Assembly (NCBI GenBank): GCA_947452785.1
Contig: CANGDZ010000008.1
Span: 1,069 to 65,068 of the forward strand
Length of the DNA stretch: 64,000 nt
Direction: 5' to 3'
Source: Comamonadaceae bacterium
GTDB lineage: Bacteria; Pseudomonadota; Gammaproteobacteria; Burkholderiales; Burkholderiaceae_C
In this document: in pieces, positions 58,629 through 64,000 of the stretch
Numbering within the stretch: the first letter of the stretch is position 1
Layout of the letters: each line of letters begins with the position of its first letter
Translations under genes and position numbers: made by a program
The notes under the pieces: model-generated
Seen by the model: only the letters and a program-made list of their open reading frames with translations
Told to the model about the DNA's origin: nothing
Database searches by the model: none

Positions 58629-59123
58629 ATGACCGCTACGCTTGCCCCCACCCTTACCCCCTTGAGCTGGTCGACCGAGTTGCATACTGGCGACAGCCGC
58701 ATGGACGGGACGCACGAAGAATTCGTGACGATGCTGAACCAAATTCTGGCCACACCCCAAGACCAGCAGCTGCCGTTGTATCTGGCCTTTTTGTCGCACA
58801 CGGTGGAGCACTTTGCGCAAGAAGAGCGCTGGATGCTGGCCACCGGCTTTTCTGCCGACAACTGCCACGCCAGTCACCACGCCACGATTTTGGAAACCAT
58901 GCGCGCGGTGCAAGTGCATTACGAAGGCGGCGACACCGAGATCATCACCCGACTGGCCGAGGCGCTGGGCGAGTGGTTTCCAGGTCACGCCAACAGCATG
59001 GACGCAGGTTTGGCGCAGCACCTGAAATCGGTTCAGTTCGACAGCGTGAGCGAAACACTGGCCGATCCCTCGGCCATTCAAAACGTGACCATGTCGGGTT
59101 GTGGCAGCGTCAGCTGCAGCTGA
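58629..59123 (+). CDS. hemerythrin-like metal-binding protein
   Basis: LSWSTELHTGDSRMDGTHEEF..., HTVEHFAQEE, SHHATI and PGHANSMD give a His/Glu/Asp ligand pattern. Cys-containing C-terminal tail (SGCGSVSCS). Confidence 0.7.
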   Translation: MTATLAPTLTPLSWSTELHTGDSRMDGTHEEFVTMLNQILATPQDQQLPLYLAFLSHTVEHFAQEERWMLATGFSADNCHASHHATILETMRAVQVHYEGGDTEIITRLAEALGEWFPGHANSMDAGLAQHLKSVQFDSVSETLADPSAIQNVTMSGCGSVSCS

Positions 59124-59152
59124 CCAAGCCCATTAACCTATTCAGCCGACCT

Positions 59153-60694
59153 TTAAACCAGCTTGCGCAATTCGGTCTTGAGCACTTTGCCGTAGTTGTT
59201 CTTCGGTAAAGTGTCCACCACCTCGTAGCGTTTGGGGCGTTTGAAGCGGGCGATGTGTTCCAGGCAATACGCGTCCAGCGCATCGATGCGCAAAGTCTGC
59301 CCCGGCTGCGGCACGCAAAACGCCACCACCACCTCGCCCCATTCGGCATCGGGCGCACCCACCACCGCCACCTCAGCCACGCCGGGCGCTTGCAGCAACA
59401 CCTCTTCCACTTCACGCGGATAGATGTTCGAGCCACCGCTGATGATCATGTCTTTGCTGCGGTCTTTCAGGGTCAGCAACCCGTCCGCATCCAGGGCGCC
59501 CATGTCCCCCGTCCACAACCAGCCACCACGCAAGGCCGCGGCCGTGGCCTCGGGGTTGCGCCAGTAGCCCGTCATCACGCTGTCGCCTTGAATCAACACC
59601 TCGCCCACTTCGCCGGTCGGCAAGTCAATGCCCTGCGCATCGGCCACGCGGATACGCACCGAAGTTTGGGCAAAACCCACGGAGGCCAAACGCTCGGCAT
59701 AACGCGGGTGAGCGGTGTCCTGAAGGTGCGCACGCGACAAGGCTGTGCCCACCATCGGGCTTTCGCCTTGGCCAAAAATTTGCACGAAGCGCGGCCCCAT
59801 GAGCCGCAGCGCGCGTTGAATGTCGGCCGCATACATGGGCGCACCGCCATAAACAATGGTTTTGAAAGATGCCGCGCATTGCGCTGGCGACAGCTGGGCC
59901 GCTTCGGCGTGGTCGACCAAGCGCTTGACGATGGTGGGTGCCGCAAACAAGGACAAAGGCCCCATCTGCTGCCCCAACGCAAACAGCTCCGCAGCATCAA
60001 AGCCACCCGACACCGGCACCACGTGGCGCGCCCCCGCCATCAGATGCGCAATGGCATACACCCCCGCACCGTGAGACATGGGCGCAGCGTAAGCGATGGC
60101 ATCGTGCGCATCAATCGCGTCCACATCGTTGAAGTAGCCCATGCCCATGGTGCGCAGATTGCGGTGCGTGATCATCACGCCCTTGGGCCGTCCGGTGGTG
60201 CCGCTGGTGTAAAAGAGCCAGGCCGTGTCGTCGGCCTGCCGGGGCGAAATCGGCAGTGCGGGGGCCGAACTATTCAGGTCTGAGGAGTCACCCCACGTCG
60301 GCGCTTGCTCCACATCGCTCACGCCTTTCAAGCCTTGCACACCGGTCAACACCGACAGGTCGGGCACCACGTCCGACGTGACAAAGGCCCAGCAGGCTTG
60401 GGCGTTGTCCACAATCCACTGCATTTCTTTAATATGCAACTTGGCATTGATCGGCACCACCACCAAGCCGGCCCACCAGGCCCCGAACATCACTTCCAAA
60501 TACCGGGGGTGATTGCGCATGAACAAAGCCACCCGATCGCCAGGGACAAAACCTTGAGACTGAAACCAACCCGCCCAGGCGGCGCTGCGTGCCGCCCATT
60601 GGCCATAATTGGCCACGCAGTGCGGACCACTGAAGATGGCGGGCCGCAAGGGGTCCCTTCGCGCAACGCGTTCAAGTAAGTACGCCAAATTCAT
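59153..60694 (-). CDS. AMP-dependent acyl-CoA synthetase/ligase
   Basis: 513 aa. AMP-binding signature LFYTSGTTGRPKGV, and later GWLWTGDMG and ISGGSNIYPREVE. Confidence 0.85.
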   Translation of the reverse strand: MNLAYLLERVARRDPLRPAIFSGPHCVANYGQWAARSAAWAGWFQSQGFVPGDRVALFMRNHPRYLEVMFGAWWAGLVVVPINAKLHIKEMQWIVDNAQACWAFVTSDVVPDLSVLTGVQGLKGVSDVEQAPTWGDSSDLNSSAPALPISPRQADDTAWLFYTSGTTGRPKGVMITHRNLRTMGMGYFNDVDAIDAHDAIAYAAPMSHGAGVYAIAHLMAGARHVVPVSGGFDAAELFALGQQMGPLSLFAAPTIVKRLVDHAEAAQLSPAQCAASFKTIVYGGAPMYAADIQRALRLMGPRFVQIFGQGESPMVGTALSRAHLQDTAHPRYAERLASVGFAQTSVRIRVADAQGIDLPTGEVGEVLIQGDSVMTGYWRNPEATAAALRGGWLWTGDMGALDADGLLTLKDRSKDMIISGGSNIYPREVEEVLLQAPGVAEVAVVGAPDAEWGEVVVAFCVPQPGQTLRIDALDAYCLEHIARFKRPKRYEVVDTLPKNNYGKVLKTELRKLV

Positions 60695-60846
60695 GGTTGG
60701 CTTGTCTCCACGGAATTAATTTCAACAGGGGTGTAACTTGTTTCACAGCCCCAGCGCCGGGACAAGGCTACCATTGGGCAGTTTCTTACCCTGTCGCTCA
60801 GGCGTTGGGCGCAACCAAAATCCATCCTTCTCGGAGACCTCACCCC

Positions 60847-61998
60847 ATGTCCGTTATCACCACCATCGAAGATCTGCGCGTTCTGGCTGAAAAGCGGGTG
60901 CCGCGCATGTTCTACGACTACGCCGACAGCGGCTCCTGGACGGAGAGCACCTACCGCGCCAACGAAAGCGACTTTCAAAAGATCAAACTGCGACAGCGCG
61001 TGGCCGTCAACATGGAAGGGCGCAGCACCGCCACCACCATGGTCGGCCAGCCCGTGGCCATGCCCGTAGCCATTGCCCCTACCGGCCTGACCGGCATGCA
61101 ACACGCTGACGGTGAAATCTTGGCCGCGCGCGCCGCCAAAAAATTTGGCGTGCCCTTCACCCTGTCCACCATGAGCATTTGCTCCATCGAAGACGTGGCC
61201 AAGCATGCCGGCGAAGGCTTTTGGTTTCAGCTGTATGTGATGAAAGACCGCGCCTTCATTGAGCGCCTGATCGACCGCGCCAAAGCCGCCAACTGCGCGG
61301 CCTTGGTGCTGACGCTGGACCTGCAAATTTTGGGTCAACGCCACAAAGACCTGAAGAACGGCTTGTCCGCGCCGCCCAAGCTGACGATCGCCAACATGAT
61401 CAACATCGCCACCAAGCCACGCTGGGCGCTGGGCATGCTGGGCACGCCACGGCGCCAGTTTGGCAACATCGTGGGTCACGTCTCGGGTGTGGCCGACATG
61501 AGCAGCCTGAGTTCGTGGACGGCACAACAGTTTGACCCATGTCTGAACTGGGGTGATGTGGAGTGGATCAAAAAGCGCTGGGGCGGCAAGCTGATTTTGA
61601 AAGGCATTCAAGACGTCGAAGACGCTTACCTTGCGGTGCAGTCGGGCGCAGACGCGCTGATTGTCAGCAACCATGGCGGGCGCCAATTGGACGGCGCGCA
61701 AAGCAGCATCGAAGCCCTGCCCGCCATCGTCGACGCCGTAGGCTCACAGATTGAAGTGCACATGGACGGCGGTATCCGCAGCGGCCAAGACGTGGTCAAA
61801 GCCCGCGCCTTGGGTGCGCGTGGCGTCTACATTGGCCGCGCCTTTTTGTATGGCTTGGGCGCCATGGGCGAACAAGGCGTGAGTAAGGCGTTGCAGATTA
61901 TTCACAATGAACTGGATCTGACCATGGCCTTTTGTGGCCGCACGCAAATGGACACCGTCGACAAAAGCATTTTGCTGCCAGGGACTTTTCCAGTTTGA
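60847..61998 (+). CDS. lldD: FMN-dependent alpha-hydroxy-acid (L-lactate) dehydrogenase
   Basis: MSVITTIEDLRVLAEKRVPRMFYDYADSGSWTE..., SNHGGRQLDG and GGIRSGQDV. Start re-set to ATG 60847. Confidence 0.8.
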   Translation: MSVITTIEDLRVLAEKRVPRMFYDYADSGSWTESTYRANESDFQKIKLRQRVAVNMEGRSTATTMVGQPVAMPVAIAPTGLTGMQHADGEILAARAAKKFGVPFTLSTMSICSIEDVAKHAGEGFWFQLYVMKDRAFIERLIDRAKAANCAALVLTLDLQILGQRHKDLKNGLSAPPKLTIANMINIATKPRWALGMLGTPRRQFGNIVGHVSGVADMSSLSSWTAQQFDPCLNWGDVEWIKKRWGGKLILKGIQDVEDAYLAVQSGADALIVSNHGGRQLDGAQSSIEALPAIVDAVGSQIEVHMDGGIRSGQDVVKARALGARGVYIGRAFLYGLGAMGEQGVSKALQIIHNELDLTMAFCGRTQMDTVDKSILLPGTFPV

Positions 61999-63056
61999 AC
62001 TTTCGCACTCACACGGACACCGTCGTCGATGTCGTCTACCTTTGGGTGAACGGCAACGATGACCATTGGCGCAGCAAGCGTCAGGCGGCCTCCAACCGCT
62101 CATCGCTGCAAGATCAACAAGACCTGGCGCTGTATGGCGATGTCGAAGGCCGTTACCGCGACAACGAAGAGTTGCGCTTCAGCTTGCGCGCGCTGACGCA
62201 GTTTTTCCCGAACCACGGTCATGTCTACATCGTCACCGACCACCAAGTGCCCGATTGGCTGGCCTTGTCTGACCGGGTAAGCATCGTCGACCACCGCGAT
62301 TTGATTCCGCACGCCGCATTGCCCACCTTCGATTCCAGCCACATCGAGTCCTACATTCACCGCATCCCGGGTTTGTCTGAGCATTTTTTCTACTTGAACG
62401 ACGACGTGTTCTTTGGCGCCCCGGTGGATCTGGCCGATTGGTTTTCGCCCAATGGAATTTACGTGACCTGGTCCGACGATGCCATGGTCAGCAACGAGCC
62501 CATGCGGCGCGATGCCACTTCCCTGGAAAACGCCTGCCGTCTGTCCGAGCAATGGCTGCGCACCCATGACAGCGCGGCCATAGACCCGGCTTATGCGCAC
62601 ACGTTTCGCACCTTTGCGCATGCGCCTCGCCCCTTGTGCAAGTCGCTGCTGTTTCAACTGGAACAAACCGCGCCAGACATGTTCGAGCGGGTGCGCTCCA
62701 CCGTGTTTCGCAGTTGGGACTGCCCCACCATCGTCTCTGACTTTGTCCTGCGTTGGGCCTTGGCGCAAGGCATGGCCCAGGTGCGGGATTACCGCCATAC
62801 CTATGTGTCGATCGGCGACGACGATGCGAGCGAGCAACTGAGCCGCTTAGCGCGCAACTTTGGTGAGTTGGACTTTTTTTGCGTCAATGACACCACCGAC
62901 AACGCCCATGAGGATGATCCCCGTTTAGCGGATTTACAGCGGGCTTTGCAGGGCATGCTGCCCCAGGTGTCCGAATTCGAAATTTCAAGTGACCGGCTTG
63001 AAACGCCACAGGACCTTGCGCTGGGCGTCCAACAATTCCAAAACGCCCAGGTGTAG
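61995..63056 (+). CDS. Stealth-family (hexose-1-phosphoryl transferase-like) protein
   Basis: Stealth CR1 VVDVVYLWVNGNDDHW. CR2 NEELRFSLRAL...VYIVTDHQVPDWL...IVDHRDLIP...LPTFDSSHIESYIHRIPGLSEHFFYLNDDVFF. No in-frame ATG precedes CR1. Candidate starts are TTG 61995 (TTGA overlap with the lldD stop) or TTG 61932. Confidence 0.7.
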   Translation: MNFRTHTDTVVDVVYLWVNGNDDHWRSKRQAASNRSSLQDQQDLALYGDVEGRYRDNEELRFSLRALTQFFPNHGHVYIVTDHQVPDWLALSDRVSIVDHRDLIPHAALPTFDSSHIESYIHRIPGLSEHFFYLNDDVFFGAPVDLADWFSPNGIYVTWSDDAMVSNEPMRRDATSLENACRLSEQWLRTHDSAAIDPAYAHTFRTFAHAPRPLCKSLLFQLEQTAPDMFERVRSTVFRSWDCPTIVSDFVLRWALAQGMAQVRDYRHTYVSIGDDDASEQLSRLARNFGELDFFCVNDTTDNAHEDDPRLADLQRALQGMLPQVSEFEISSDRLETPQDLALGVQQFQNAQV

Positions 63057-63446
63057 CCGCGCTGAACGTGTGTTGTCCAAGGCCTTGAGGTAACGCTGCT
63101 CGGTGTCCATGGCTTCGGGCTCGCACAGCATGCGGGTGGTGGCGGTGGATTTGAATGTCAACGCTTGCGCAGTGAAATCAACCTGACTGGCATACCCATT
63201 GCAACCGGCAAAACCCGAGGCGCGACGCCCATCTTGAAAGCTCAAACTCACCGGCTTGCGGTCTTGCGGTGCGGCCACATCCACCCAGGTCAAGGGCGTC
63301 ACAGCGCTCACGTTTACGCCCGTTTCGGCCACACCCCCCAGCGGCACGCAGCCAGCAACGCCCAGCATCCAGGCCAAGGCCAAGCCCAAGCCCATGCCCG
63401 TGCCCGTGCCCCACATCCTTGGCTTGGTTTTGTTTAAAATTTTCAT
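62985..63446 (-). CDS. META-domain (HslJ-like) lipoprotein
   Basis: MKILNKTKPRMWGTGTGMGLGLALAWMLGVAGC lipobox, then ...GFAGCNGYASQV...TRMLCEP... META-like pattern. The track fuses it to an upstream antisense ORF that runs to 63944. Confidence 0.65.
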   Translation of the reverse strand: MKILNKTKPRMWGTGTGMGLGLALAWMLGVAGCVPLGGVAETGVNVSAVTPLTWVDVAAPQDRKPVSLSFQDGRRASGFAGCNGYASQVDFTAQALTFKSTATTRMLCEPEAMDTEQRYLKALDNTRSARLHLGVLELLDAQRKVLWRFKPVT

Positions 63447-63553
63447 GACTTTCCCTGTTGATCCTGCACGATGCTGTTGATCGCCGGCCCGGATCGTAAG
63501 GGCTAAACCCAGCCTCGCGGCAAGCAAAGTGTTACAGCACGTTATCCTCCTAA

Positions 63554-64000
63554 GGTGCCCGATTCCAATTTGACTGCGCCGGCCGTTCCCCGCCGCATTG
63601 CCCACCTCGACATGGACGCGTTTTACGCCTCTGTGGAGTTGCTGCGCTACCCGCAGCTCAAAGGCTTGCCGGTGGTGATCGGTGGTGGGCGCCGCAAAGA
63701 AGACGACCTGCTGGGCCGCCTGCGACTGGCCTACCCCGAGCAAGAATGGAGCGCTGAACACCTGGCTGAAATCCCGCTGGACTTTTTCCCGCGCATCGCC
63801 GGCTATACCGGCCGCGGCGTGATCACCACCGCCACCTACGCGGCGCGCAAATTCGGCATCGGCTCGGCCATGGGTTTGATGAAAGCCGCCAAGCTGTGCC
63901 CCGAAGCGATTTTGCTGCCGGTGGATTTTGACCAATACCGGCACTATTCGCGCAGCTTCAAAGCCATCATCACCGACATCGCCCCGTTGATGGAAAACCG
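63554..64000 (+). CDS. dinB: DNA polymerase IV, N-terminal part (runs off right edge)
   Basis: Own translation: ...RRIAHLDMDAFYASVELLRYPQLKGLPVVIGGG...VITTATYAARKFGIGSAMG.... Frame is open from 63500. GTG 63554 is the first plausible start. Confidence 0.85.

Noticed and set aside
60691-61701. 336-aa minus-strand ORF
   Set aside because: It is antisense to the FMN-dependent lactate dehydrogenase gene and shows no motifs.
63447-63553. LexA/SOS box upstream of dinB
   Set aside because: No CTGT-N8-ACAG element is present. The nearest match is CTGTTGATCCTGCACG, whose 3' half-site is wrong.
63447-63944. Upstream part of the 319-aa minus ORF fused to the META lipoprotein
   Set aside because: It lies antisense to the dinB 5' end. 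The lipoprotein has its own ATG, signal peptide and lipobox starting at 63446.

Overview
High-GC chromosomal segment. Gene content and synteny suggest a Burkholderiales/Comamonadaceae-type betaproteobacterium (inference only). Most of it is core housekeeping DNA. On the minus strand: accA-tilS-lysC-tRNA-Ser and cysS. On the plus strand: TPR-ppiA-ppiB-lpxH, then a 13-kb tightly packed string glyA-nrdR-(pilin-like)-ribD-ribE-ribBA-ribH-nusB-aminotransferase-ybgC-tolQRA. Also present are dnaE, trhO, gluQ-trmB-rluA-like, yebC, lldD and the start of dinB. Accessory content: (1) a protocatechuate 4,5-cleavage (lig/pmd) cluster at 42.9-52.6 kb carrying extra genes, namely a secreted tannase/MHETase-family esterase and two orphan solute-binding proteins; (2) five Bug/TctC-family binding-protein genes, one a pseudogene with two lesions, and no tctAB; (3) a LysR / cytoplasmic Cys-type sulfatase / Bug cassette; (4) an orphan YhgE/Pip membrane protein; (5) a visibly lower-GC CoA-transferase / enoyl-CoA hydratase / Bug / IclR cassette; (6) a stand-alone Stealth-family phosphotransferase. 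RNA and regulatory calls: tRNA-Ser(GCU), a candidate ZTP (pfl) riboswitch before glyA, several hairpin terminators, a near-consensus sigma70 promoter with a long leader, and palindromic operator candidates. I saw no CRISPR array, transposase, integrase, toxin-antitoxin pair or recognisable defence gene. I cannot point to a convincing previously undescribed multi-gene system here, and the findings are individually modest. The most interesting are the esterase embedded in the lig cluster, the in-frame TGA in the pilin-like gene, the AT-rich DNA abutting tRNA-Ser at the left edge, and the Stealth gene. Many long ORFs in the six-frame track are antisense or N-terminally over-extended artefacts of high GC. 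The track also uses TTG/GTG as starts, so several starts were re-picked by eye and remain uncertain.
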